This document shows, piece after piece, positions 12,266 to 24,009 of a stretch of DNA of 64,000 nucleotides (positions are counted from its first letter, which is position 1; each line of letters begins with the position of its first letter). The position numbers were made by a program, and so were the translations under genes. Location of the stretch: the NCBI RefSeq assembly GCF_026210795.1, contig NC_089429.1, positions 1,302,001-1,366,000 on the forward strand, written 5' to 3'. This DNA comes from Rhizophagus irregularis. Taxonomy: Eukaryota. The notes under the pieces are model-generated. The model was not told the DNA's origin, made no database searches, and saw only the letters and a list, made by a program, of their open reading frames with translations.

Positions 12266-13479
12266 ATTAAGTAAATTGTGATTAAATTATAATTGAATTT
12301 TCCCATATTAATGGTATTGCTAAATGATATCATAGTTCACCTGAAAATATCTTTGAACAAGTCATTGTAAGCAAAGAAAGTAAAAAGAAGTCGGATAAAT
12401 TATATTAATGTTCAAATGTTGATTTCAATATTGTCGTACAATTTTAATCAGGTGCGTATTTGATGTACTTTTTGAGAATCAAATCATATAATTACCCACA
12501 CTTATAAACAATAATTTAATTTCAAAATATTTCCTGACTTCTCTTTTTAATTTATGTTTGCTTAACTGTATACACTATCATACACATATGCAATAACAAA
12601 TAAAAAGTATTTGGAAAGGTACTTTTATTATTTATGTTATATATATCAAACACCATAAATAAATTTCAATTGAGTAAAATTTTTTCGTATGAATAGTATT
12701 TTTTTTCTTCATATGAGTAATTATATTTAGTAATATTAATACACTCTAACATTGCATAAGCTAAATATATTTATATGAGTAATTTTTTTGCATAAAATAA
12801 GTTAAGTCAAAATTGTATTACACAAGAGGCAAGAAGAAATGTATTAGTTATATATAAAAATATTTTAAAATTATATGTTTAATATCTAAATGAAGTTACA
12901 TTACATTAACTTTTTTTGGTTTTCTCAATATTATGTTGCCTGTTGCCAAGGAAAAGTAATTAACCCATCTGATTTCAACCCATTCTGATAATAAAAAACA
13001 TAGGATGCTTTATGTCTTTTATGGATGTACTATCAAACATGATGAATAACTAAAGTGAATTAATAAATGAAGAACAAGATCCAATCATTTGCTAAATATC
13101 ACAAAAACAAAAGCATCATTACAATACAATAAAAAGAATATCAATATTATAAACTTGCTTTATACAAATATTTTTTACAAATTTAATATTTTAATCCAAA
13201 ATATTCAGCATCTTAGAAGCTAAAAAATAAAAAACTGAAAAAAAAATTTAAATAGAGTATTACAAATAAGGTATCATAGGCCATAGCTTACAAATTATGA
13301 AACAAATTATTAGTAATTAATTTAAACTACTTTAATATATATTTGAATATAATTATTGAATAAATTTTATTGTTGATACATAACAAATCAACTACTTTTA
13401 AGTATAAAAAAATTTGCTATAATTTTATTTTTTCAATTTCTATTCTATATTGTTAAAAATATCGAAATCAGGTATTGCA

Positions 13480-16212
13480 TTAATTCTGACTTTTTTCAGC
13501 TGCTTTTTTGTATAATTCAATTGATTTAATTTCATCTTTTTTGGTTCCTATCCCATATTTATAACAAAATGCAAGTTCTTTTATTGCATTAATCAAACCT
13601 TTTTCAGCTACCTTTTTATATAATTCAAATGCTTTGATTTCATTTTTTTCAGTTCCTATTCCATTTTTATAGCAATATGCAAGATTATATATTGCAGTAA
13701 TTTGATCTTTTCCAGCTGCCTCTTCAAATAATTCAAATGCTTTAATTTTATTCTTTTCAGTTCCTATTCCATAATAATAGCATTTACCAAGTTCAGATGT
13801 TGCATCAACCAGACCCTTCTCAGATGCTTCTTTATATAATACAAATGCATTAATTTCATTTTTCCCAGTTCCTATTCCATTTTGGTAGCAATACCCAAAA
13901 TCATATATTGCACTAATCTGACCTTTTTCGGCTGCTTCTTTGTATAATTCAAATGCTTTGATTTCATTTTTTTTGGTTCCTATTCCTTTTTGATAACAAT
14001 ATCCAAGATTGTATATTGCATTAGTTTGACCATTTTCAGCCGCTTTTTTGTATGATTCAAATGCCTTATTTTCATTTTTTCTAATTCCTATCCCATTATA
14101 ATAGCATTTTCCAAGTTCATATGTTGCATCAATCTGGCCCTTCTCCGCCGCTTTTTTGTATAATTCAAATACTTTGATTTCATTTTTTTTGGTTCCTATT
14201 CCATGATTATAACAATATGCAAGATCCTTTATTGCATTAATGTGACCTTTTTCAACTGCTTCTTTGAATAATTCAAATGCTTTGATTTCATTTTTTTCGG
14301 TTCCTATTCCATAGTAATAGCATCTTCCAAGGCTATATTTTGCATTAATCCAACCTTTCTTAGCTGCTGCTTTGTATAATTTAAATGCTTTAATTTCATT
14401 TTTTCTAGTTCCTATTCCGTGTTTATAACAATATGCAAGTTCTTTTATTGCATTATTAATCTGACCTTTTCCAGCTGCCTTTTTGAATAATTCAAATGCT
14501 TTGATTTCATTTTTTTTTGTTCCTAACTCAAATCGATAAAAATATGCCAAGAGAATTAAATTTTGTTGTTTTTTCTTATTATCTAATAAATAATTAAATA
14601 TTTCATTTACATTTTTATTTTTTAGTAATATATGTTGCTTAACCAATTGAATATAATCATTTTTATAAATTCCTTTTTGAATGGCTTCTTCATAAAGCAA
14701 AACCAATTCATTAACTATGACTTCATTTTCATTTAATTTAATATTATTTGTTATTAAATCCTTTTCTTCAATTTGCATTTTATCATATTCATCAATTAAT
14801 TTATCAAATTTAGATTGTAATGAATAATTAATACTTAAACTTAATGAATTATCATTGATACTACTATTATCATTATTAATTACTATATTACTTTCAATAA
14901 TATTTACAGTTTTCTCATAAATTTCTGTTTCATTTGTGTTCAAATTAATTAATTTCAGATCAGAAAATACTTGCCGCATATCTGGTCTATCATCTGGGTT
15001 ATTTTGCCAGCATTCTAGAAAAGTATTCGAAAATTAAAAATTAGTAATAATGAAATTAATTAAACTAAAACAATTTATTAAAATGTAATAGATAATTATA
15101 CTTTTATAAATATTAATATAATCAATTGGAGTATCAGAAACTGGAGTTTCTCTTTTTCCATTTAAAATTTCTAAAATTAATTTTGGTTTCTGATAAAGTG
15201 CATCATAAGATTCGAACGGTAATTGTCCAGTTGATATTTCCCATAGAAGTACGCCAACACTGTATACATCCGATTTCTTACTTGCTTTATAATGACAATT
15301 TTTATCATTGTTATTTGTTTGCTCTTTAAAATTTTGTGGATCGATATAAGGAATCATTCCAAAAATATTTTCTGGGGTTGATGATACTTCCGCTATTCTA
15401 CGTGAAAGTCCAAAATCTGCTAATTTGATAATATTTTGATGAACTAATATATTATCTGAATGCTATTTTATAAAATAAAAAATAAATTTAACATGTTTAC
15501 ATTTAAAACGTGAATAAAAAATTATTTTAATACTCACTAGATCGCGATGAATAATATTTTTTTGATGAATACACGAAATTGCATCGGCAATTTGGATAGC
15601 AAATTGTAATTTGATGTTCCAATCTAATTTTGAGAAATTATATTTCAAATAATTTCTTAATGTACCACTATCCGCATATTCAAGAATGAGCAAATAATTT
15701 AAATTCATATTATTTTTACCTAAATTAAATAAATAATATAAATTTATTATTTAAAAGTTAATATGTATAATCATTATTTAACTAAAAAAAGTAAATCTTT
15801 TAATAAAAAAAAAACTTACTTTCTTTTTTAGTGATACCAAAAAACTTTATAATGTTTTTATGAAAATTGAATTTATGCAATAATTCTATCTAAATATTAT
15901 TTTAATGATTAGCACAAATAAACTGCGGATATTCTTTTTTTAATATTAAATAATAAAAATATTTTGATTTTATACCTCATTAGCAATTTCTTTCATAAAG
16001 TTATTATTTTTCAAAGATTTTAATGCGACAACAGTATCAGAACTCTCCCAAGTAGCCCGATAAACTTCTCCAAAACCTCCAGTACCTATACAACTTATAT
16101 TTTGAAATTCGTTATAATCATGGTAATTAATATAACTTTTAGCAATTCCATCCTCGATCCATTGAGCCCATTTATCCGCATAAGCATTTTTTCTATTGGG
16201 TACGTTTGCCAT
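13480..16212 (-). CDS. Protein kinase - Sel1-like repeat fusion protein; exons ~16212-15976, 15889-15820, 15719-15538, 15462-15102, 15014-13480
   Basis: In-frame GT-AG splicing gives GTGGFG, VALK, HRDLHSDN, ADFGL, PYIDPQ, SDVYSVGVLLWE, then about ten 36-aa Sel1 repeats (A.Y.LG.CY..GIGT.KNEIKAFELY..AA..G). Confidence 0.92.
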
Positions 16213-17582
16213 TTTTTCTATAAGAAATAAGAAATCGAATCGAATTTTTGTTGATCAGACGATTATATATGATTCGGTGTATCACAAATGAAGTCATATG
16301 AAATGTTGAATAATGACGGACTGATCAACAGATCTGCACAAATAACTTGATAGAGTTAAAAGATTATTTAAATCTGTACATGATATCATAATTAAATAAT
16401 AATAGCAAATTCATTCTCCAAGTTAAGTTTAATGAAATATTAATTTATACCATAGCGATCATCTCCTAGAAAAAGGTGTTAGAACTTGAGTTGGCTCAAC
16501 ACGGGCGTATTGTTTGTGTTTCGCACATTAATTTATCCTTTGTCCATGCATAAGATCGCATGTATCTGATTGGATACAGTAAATCACAATAAGAGAAATG
16601 ACTGTAATAAATAAAGATAATATTTAAAGAGACAAACATTGAAAAGATTTGTAAATAAGAATAAAAGAAGCGAAAAGGAAGAATAGCTAAATATCTAGAA
16701 TTTAAAACTAGAGTAATGTAAAATTCTGATGGAAAATTTAAAGTAATTTTAATTATCACACCAATTAAAAGACGAGAGAAAAACTTAATAATTCTGCATC
16801 GAAAGACATTGTTGGGATGATTTTGGTAATCTGGCAATCAACTCTCCAACTCATCAACCCAAAAAAAAAAAAAATCGAAAGCTCTTATAGTGTCTATGTA
16901 ATATCCATGACTCCATATATAAATTATAAATTTATTATATAAGTTTTATAGATCTGTCACTACCTTTTAAAAAACTAAGTTTAGCCATCCTTCAATACCA
17001 TCTATATAAAATATTTAAAATTTTTTATTACATAAATTTCATTATATAAAATTTTATTACACGAATTTCTTTAATTAAATTATTAGAAAATTTAACCTTT
17101 TTTATTTAAAAACTACTTTTTTTAAAAAGAAAAAACTCTTTTATTCTTTTAAAAAAAAAACAAATGTTCTTTTAAAAAGACAAACAATTTTTTTCTTTTA
17201 AATCGGTCCTGATTATTCATTAACTTTACTTTTCCTGAAGAAAAATTCATGGACTTAGTTCAATTTATTCATCATTTGGGAAATTTCCTTCTCCTTGTCT
17301 TGCCATCGGCCTCCTGCTCCTTAATCTTTTTGATTTCTAATCCCTTCCCCGCCGACTTCAAAACTTATTCCATAAGTTAAAACATATTCCCCGATCAAAA
17401 TCCTTTCCTTTAAGCCTCCTTTATACTTTTTTCTCTCACACTTCTTATTCCGTTCTAATGCTAACATTGATCTGACCCTGACCCTGACCGCTGGATTCTT
17501 TGATTCTGCTGATAATACTGTAAAAAGAAATTAGCGATATTATAACCAACATCATCGCAGAACTACAATACCCACGAGCTAA

Positions 17583-17890
17583 GGCCACACAAATTCAATT
17601 TTTCGGTTCACGTAACATTGAAATTTAAAATTGACCCGGGGACCCGGGGTTTATTGTTTATTAATAAAAAAAAGTTTATATATAAAATCGTGACATCCGA
17701 TTGGTTGATTTTAAAGGGGAGAGTAATTAAAGAATTTACAGAAGTTCTCAGCCACGTGATAAACTTACCCTCCAATAAAATTACGTACTGATCACGTGAT
17801 AAACTTTTTATATATAAACTTTTTTTTATTGAAATTTGAAAAAGTGACCCGACCGGGTGAAGTGAACCAAAAAATCGAATTTGTGTGGCC
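17583..17890. mobile_element. PIF/Harbinger-type (Tourist-like) MITE, 308 bp
   Basis: 29-bp TIRs ggccacacaaattcaatttttcggttcac / gtgaaccaaaaaatcgaatttgtgtggcc (27/29). 3-bp TAA TSD at 17580-17582 and 17891-17893. A second internal inverted pair (aaaaaagtttatatataaaa). Confidence 0.9.
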
Positions 17891-18242
17891 TAATTGCATA
17901 GTACTATACCGCTCCAAAAAATTCCCAACCAGCCCACTGTAAGACTGCGGTAAAAGTGTAAAACTGGTATTCAAAGCAAGCATGATATGCCCCAGCCGTG
18001 CATGAAAAAGAAGTATTAAAAATAAATATGGGAGAGGAATGATGAGAGAAGGAAGGAAAGAAGAGTGAGTGATGGAAGTCATAAACTCATAATCAAATAA
18101 ATATGATCGCCTGAGATTCTTACGTCACGTCAATGGGCACTTTATTAAAATCTACAAATCAATATAATATATTGTATAAAAAAAAATAAAAACAACAAAA
18201 ATTTTTATTTAATATTTCCAAATCCGATTTAATCGGAATACA

Positions 18243-19883
18243 TTAACTACTAATACATTTTTCTTTTAAATAATAAACAAATTCAGTACTTGAAGAATAA
18301 TAATTTTGAACCTTAATATTATATAATTCAAATTCCTTTACTTCATCTTTTAAAGAGAATAAATCAACATCTTTCACCTTAAAACCTAAATATTTAACTC
18401 TTTTCTTTTTCATAATATATTCTTTTATATAAGGTAAAATATCAACACTTTCACGCATCCTAATTTTAATACATAATCTATTGATAAAAATATTTCGAGA
18501 ATTTCTTAAAAATATTTCAAAATCACTTGCATTTTCAATAAAAAAATTTAAATTTAAATATTCTAATTTAAAAGGAAGGATTTGATCTAAATTTTGTAAT
18601 ACAAATAAATTAGCATCAATATAATAAATTGAAAGGTAATTAAGATTTTGAACCAAATTGAATAATAATAATGAATAAATATTTTGATGATCAAATCCGA
18701 GTAACTCAAGAAATTGAATCTTTTTACAATATCTTGTAATTAATTCAAATGATTTTCGTTTTGTATCATTATTCATTAATGGCCCAAAACTAACATTTTC
18801 TATATAATTACCAGATTTTTGTAATAATAATTGTAATAAATCAATATTTGGTAATTCCTTCTTCATAAATAAAGTTTTTAATTTAAAAGGTTTGGTAATA
18901 TCAAGAATTTGTTGAATAAAAGAATTTAAAGCTTTACAATCAATAATATGAATAGATTCTAAAACATTTAATTGTTCAAATACTTCATTAAAAGTATCAT
19001 TAAAAACAATTTTACGAAAAGTAATTATTCTTAAAGTATTGGAAGAATTGGAATGTTTTAATGAAGTAAATAAATAATTTATGGGATTTCTACTTGAATC
19101 AAAAACAATTTTTTTGAGATTGTTTTGGGAATTAATTATTTGTGATAAATGAATTTTATTAAAATTCTTCGGATTATAACCATGACCATAAAAGTTATAA
19201 TAAAGTGATGAAATTGTATTAATTGATTTTAAATAAGGAATAATTGTTGTTATATTTATACGTGCTGAGTAAATGGTTAAATTTAAATTTTTGATATTAT
19301 GAATGAAACTTTGATTTTGTAAAATTAATTTAAAAGCAATATTAAAATAATCACAATCATCATTTGAAAAGATAAAAATATCAAAAGTATTTAAATTTGC
19401 TTCTCTTTCAATAAATATTTTAAATAATGATTCATATATAAATTTAAAAAGATCATATTCTGGATATGATTGTAATGTAATTTGATTTGATTGATTTCCA
19501 ATTTCTCCAGTTGATAAATTTCTAACTGTTATAGCCCACAATTTAATAATTGAAATAATATCCCATGTATTTAAATGTTTAATGAAACTAGGATAATTGA
19601 ATAATAATGTATTTAAAGGAAATAAATTTTTATTAATACCATAATCTTGTAATTTTTCTTTATCATTTTCATTTAAACATTTTAAATAAATTTCAATGAA
19701 ATGATAATTTTTAGATTCTTTAATTGAAAAAGGATCTTCCCATAATAATGGAATCGTTAAACGACACCATAATCTATTAACTAAAATACATGAATACAAT
19801 GTTGAAATATCATTTCGTAAATATTGTATAATTTCATATGTTAATTCGGGTAAATCTCCTGAAATTATTTTTGAGTATGTCAT
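18243..19883 (-). CDS. F-box-like / LRR(RNI)-like protein, Glomeromycotina expanded family (546 aa)
   Basis: Intronless ORF. N-terminal LPELTYEIIQYL...LYSCILVNRLWCRLTIPLLW F-box-like motif; Leu-rich repeats; paralogous to four other loci in the window. Confidence 0.85.
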   Translation of the reverse strand: MTYSKIISGDLPELTYEIIQYLRNDISTLYSCILVNRLWCRLTIPLLWEDPFSIKESKNYHFIEIYLKCLNENDKEKLQDYGINKNLFPLNTLLFNYPSFIKHLNTWDIISIIKLWAITVRNLSTGEIGNQSNQITLQSYPEYDLFKFIYESLFKIFIEREANLNTFDIFIFSNDDCDYFNIAFKLILQNQSFIHNIKNLNLTIYSARINITTIIPYLKSINTISSLYYNFYGHGYNPKNFNKIHLSQIINSQNNLKKIVFDSSRNPINYLFTSLKHSNSSNTLRIITFRKIVFNDTFNEVFEQLNVLESIHIIDCKALNSFIQQILDITKPFKLKTLFMKKELPNIDLLQLLLQKSGNYIENVSFGPLMNNDTKRKSFELITRYCKKIQFLELLGFDHQNIYSLLLFNLVQNLNYLSIYYIDANLFVLQNLDQILPFKLEYLNLNFFIENASDFEIFLRNSRNIFINRLCIKIRMRESVDILPYIKEYIMKKKRVKYLGFKVKDVDLFSLKDEVKEFELYNIKVQNYYSSSTEFVYYLKEKCISS

Positions 19884-20313
19884 ATTGTAAACGAAGAGAA
19901 TTATTAAATTTTAAATTATGTCAAATTAATTTAATGACTGAATTAAGATTCGTTCGAGGGGCATTAATTGTAAATTATGATTCAAGAGATACTAATGCAA
20001 CAATATCTTCGGATAAAATAAACAAAGGTGCCGTCTCGAAATGGTAAATTTTATGTTCCAGAATTCCGATTACGCATGTCGCACAAAACTTCTTAATGTT
20101 GATCATTCTCGAATTGTACAAATAATGGTCAAACTGCGGTGGCGTTGATTTCGTGTAATGTTGATCAGCAGAAATCACGTAGAAATGACTTAGCCACATA
20201 CGTAATATAACTTACGTAAATCAATTGTAAAACATAATAATGTAACGAAAAACAAATAACCATCAAAATTATTCCCCTTTTTTTTCTTTCTTAATTAACT
20301 TATTTATAAAATT

Positions 20314-21945
20314 ATGGCATGTTCGAAAATATTTTCGGGGGATTTGCCTGAAATAACAAGTGAAATTTTAGAACATCTTCGTAATGATTTTTCAACATTA
20401 TATTCATGTATTTTAGTTAATCGATTATTATGTCGTACAGCAATTCCATTATTATGGGAAAATCCATTTTCAATACCTACACAAAATTGTCATTTTATTG
20501 AAATTTATTTACATTATTTAAATGAATCAGATAAAACAAAATTAGATGAAATTGGATTTAATAGTAATTTAATTCCTTCAAATCCATTATTTAATTATCC
20601 TAATTTTATTAAATGTTTAAATACATTTAGAATGGTATTTTTTATTGAAAAATGGACAGTTAGAGCCATATCAACATATAAAAAAACTAATAATTCTTAC
20701 ACTTATTCAAGTGCAATAAATTTTAAAAAATTTTCAAAATTAATTTATAGTTCATTATTTAATATATTTATTAATAATGATGTTAAATTAAATATTTTTG
20801 AAACTGAAATAATTACTGATAAAAATTATGAATTTTTTGAAAATGTTATTGAAATAATTTTACAAAATCCAAATTTTATTTATAATATTAAAAATTTGAA
20901 ATTACATATTTATAATATAAGTGATGTAAATTTATCAAAAATTAATTCTTTTTTAACATTTTTATCATCAAATTGTAATAATATTTCATCACTTTATTTA
21001 AGATTTCAAAATATGTTTATTAAAACTTTTTCTCATATTATTAATTCACAACAAAATCTTCAAAAAATTTCTTTTTCTTGTAATATCGTTCCTTTACATT
21101 TATTATTATCATTAAAAAATTCTAATTATTCAAATACTTTAAAAACTATTGTATTTTATAGTGTGGATTTTAAAAATACAGTTAATTTAACTGAAGTATT
21201 TGAACAATTAAATGTTTTAGAATCTATTCATATTCTTTATTGTCATTCTTTAAATTCAATTTTTGTTCAACAAATTATTAATTTATCTAAACCATTTAAA
21301 TTAAAATCTTTATTTACAAGTGAAATCTTTCCTATTGAATCTTTTCAATTATTATTACAAAAATCTGGTGATTATTTAGAAAATATTGGTTTTGAATCTT
21401 TAACAAATAGTAATGAATTATTACTTCTTATTAAAACTTATTGTACAAAAATTTCTATTTTTGAATTACGTGGTCTTGATAATCAAAATACTCATTCTGC
21501 TCTTAATTTAATTAAAAATGTTAGTCTTAACCTTAATTGCCTTTTTATTGATAATTATAGTAATTATGATGATTTAAGTTCTATTATATTACGTAATTTA
21601 GGAAAGATTTTACCTTCTAGATTAGAATATTTAAATTTATCTTTTAAAATTAAATTGGATGATTTTAAAATATTTTTAAAAGATTCTCAAAATATTTTTA
21701 TTAAAAGATTATTAATTAGAAATAGGATGTTTAAAGAAAGAGTAAATATTTTACCTTATATAAAAGAATATATTATGAAAAATAGAAGAGTTGAATATTT
21801 AGCTATTGATGAAATTCTTAATAATGATAAAAAAGAATTATATTCTTTAAAAGATGAAGTTAAAGAATTTGGTTTATATAATATTAAAGTTCAAAGTTAT
21901 GATAATTTAAATATTTGTTGTTATAAATATATAAGAGATATTTAA
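20314..21945 (+). CDS. F-box-like / LRR(RNI)-like protein (543 aa)
   Basis: Intronless ORF starting MACSKIFSGDLPEIT...LYSCILVNRLLCRTAIPLLW; divergently transcribed from its paralogue at 18243-19883. Confidence 0.87.
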   Translation: MACSKIFSGDLPEITSEILEHLRNDFSTLYSCILVNRLLCRTAIPLLWENPFSIPTQNCHFIEIYLHYLNESDKTKLDEIGFNSNLIPSNPLFNYPNFIKCLNTFRMVFFIEKWTVRAISTYKKTNNSYTYSSAINFKKFSKLIYSSLFNIFINNDVKLNIFETEIITDKNYEFFENVIEIILQNPNFIYNIKNLKLHIYNISDVNLSKINSFLTFLSSNCNNISSLYLRFQNMFIKTFSHIINSQQNLQKISFSCNIVPLHLLLSLKNSNYSNTLKTIVFYSVDFKNTVNLTEVFEQLNVLESIHILYCHSLNSIFVQQIINLSKPFKLKSLFTSEIFPIESFQLLLQKSGDYLENIGFESLTNSNELLLLIKTYCTKISIFELRGLDNQNTHSALNLIKNVSLNLNCLFIDNYSNYDDLSSIILRNLGKILPSRLEYLNLSFKIKLDDFKIFLKDSQNIFIKRLLIRNRMFKERVNILPYIKEYIMKNRRVEYLAIDEILNNDKKELYSLKDEVKEFGLYNIKVQSYDNLNICCYKYIRDI

Positions 21946-24009
21946 TAGAATATAGATTTTTTTTTTTTTTAATTATACTGTATTTCTTGTTTGTTGATTT
22001 TGTGATTTTAACATATATTAATAAAGCTATCATATTAACTTTGGTAAAAAAATTTTAAAATCTTTATAAGATGAAAAAAGGACAAGGGAAAGAGAAAGAT
22101 ATTTTGATAAAAAATTTTTTAATGTCTTGGTAAAAAGAACGAAGGAGGATAGAAAAAGGTAGGAAAAAATATCAAATGGAGAGACATTCATATTCGAGAT
22201 GTATTTATCACAAATTTCTTTACTTTTTTAAATGTTACAATCGACAAAATAATAGACCATCACTTTAATGCCTTCCCGTCATAAAAACATGCATAGCGCC
22301 TCGCGCAGTCTGATCCGTTAATTTGTGTATTCTCGTAAAATATTACAGTTTAAATAATCGTGGCGTAGATATAAAATGCTTGCTGTGTCAAAAAAAAGAG
22401 ATATTGCCATCTTCCATAATTATATTGTTTACCAACAAAAATAATGTTAGTGGTAAGAATGTGTTTGACATGAAAAATCCATATTCTTTTTATTTTATGT
22501 ATAATAAAAACTATCTTTCGTAAACGTTTACAGTCTCATACCAAAAAATATTTTTATATATATATCTTATTATCTTATCCTTCTAAAAAGAATGTCACGT
22601 TTTAAAGTATTTGATATTGTGCGTTAAAGTTTTTCAATAAATTCTCATGTTAAATACCAAAATATTTATATTTATGTAATATATTAGAGCTCCTTTACCA
22701 TCCTAGAGCTTAGTTGATTATATCTCTTATTATCTTAACTTTCTTAACAATTATGTACTTGTCTTCGAAATATTAAGCAAGTAGAGATCTTTTAACGTGT
22801 AAAGCACTATTCGGAGGTTTTTCCTATTTTTCTATAAGGTTTACTATTCTGGAGGAGGAAGGTTATTATAACATGCAGTCAAGAGCTTTAACATCCAAAG
22901 TTCGCTAAGTGCTAATTAAATAGCGAACACCCATACTCCTGCTATTGAAATTATATTTAGCGGTTCAAACTCTAGATATTACAACTTTACGGCTAATGAC
23001 TAGAGAATGTTGTCAAATGCATTATTTTTATGGCACACATTAAAGTTTAACTAATTTAGCAACTTCATCACTAAACTAACGGTGACTAAGTGTTTCTTGC
23101 ACTAAACTACAGCCAAACTTAGTGATAACTTAGCTAAACATGATTTACTTAATGATTTCTGCGATTATTTATAATGCTTTTAATACATTCTACTAAACTA
23201 ATAATTAGACTCATATTTATCTGAATTTTGTTTGCATTTGTTATGTTTGTTTTCTTTTTGTTTGGAATCAATCTAACTTTTCTTATGATGTAGATATGAA
23301 ATTTTACATATTGACTTGCATAGAGTCAAGGAATTATACGAGCTGGAGTACTTTAGCAGGACTCTTGCAATATTTGACTGAAAAAGAAAACTACACAAGG
23401 GACGATTCCTCAAGTAAATATATATACAAAAAAAATGGTGGCTTAATCTCGGAATATATTTCCATTGAAATTAAGGGTGGGCTTCCCGATACGTCTATAG
23501 GTATACTATATACCGTATGTATGCATTAAAAAAATATGATTATATGAAAAGGTAATTAACCACATTATGAGTACGAACTCGTGAAAAAGGAGTCTGTAAG
23601 AAAAGTAAATGAAATGTACAGGCCGAATAAAATTCCCCATAAAAATCTAGCCGGGATGAAAGGATCATCGCAGATACTGTTAAAATGCACATGTGACCTT
23701 ATTACGCTCCGATCGAAATTTAAATTGGTTAAATTGATTTCAATATTACTACTAGTAGTTGACCCGGCTACAGAACTACCTATGGCTTAGCCATCACACC
23801 AATTGAAGGTAATATAACTATAAAAAAATTTCATATCGCCATAAAATCTTGACGGTCGTTACACAAGCAGCGCAATAATTTCAAAAAAAGATGTGTGTTT
23901 TTGAAGGTCTATTTTGTACTACAAATAAGGCGTTTCTGTTAAATTAAAATGGATAGATTTATCTCTATTTTTTCTCACAACAGTTTATATCAATATTTCA
24001 ACAGCAACG

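Noticed and set aside
16450..16874. 113-aa ORF, or a poly(A) retro-insert
   Set aside because: Non-ATG, F/I/L-rich ORF; no TSD was found around the A-run. It may be a LINE 3' remnant, but that is unsupported.
17210..18130. Coding fragments flanking the Harbinger MITE
   Set aside because: Short stop-interrupted frames with no recognisable motif.
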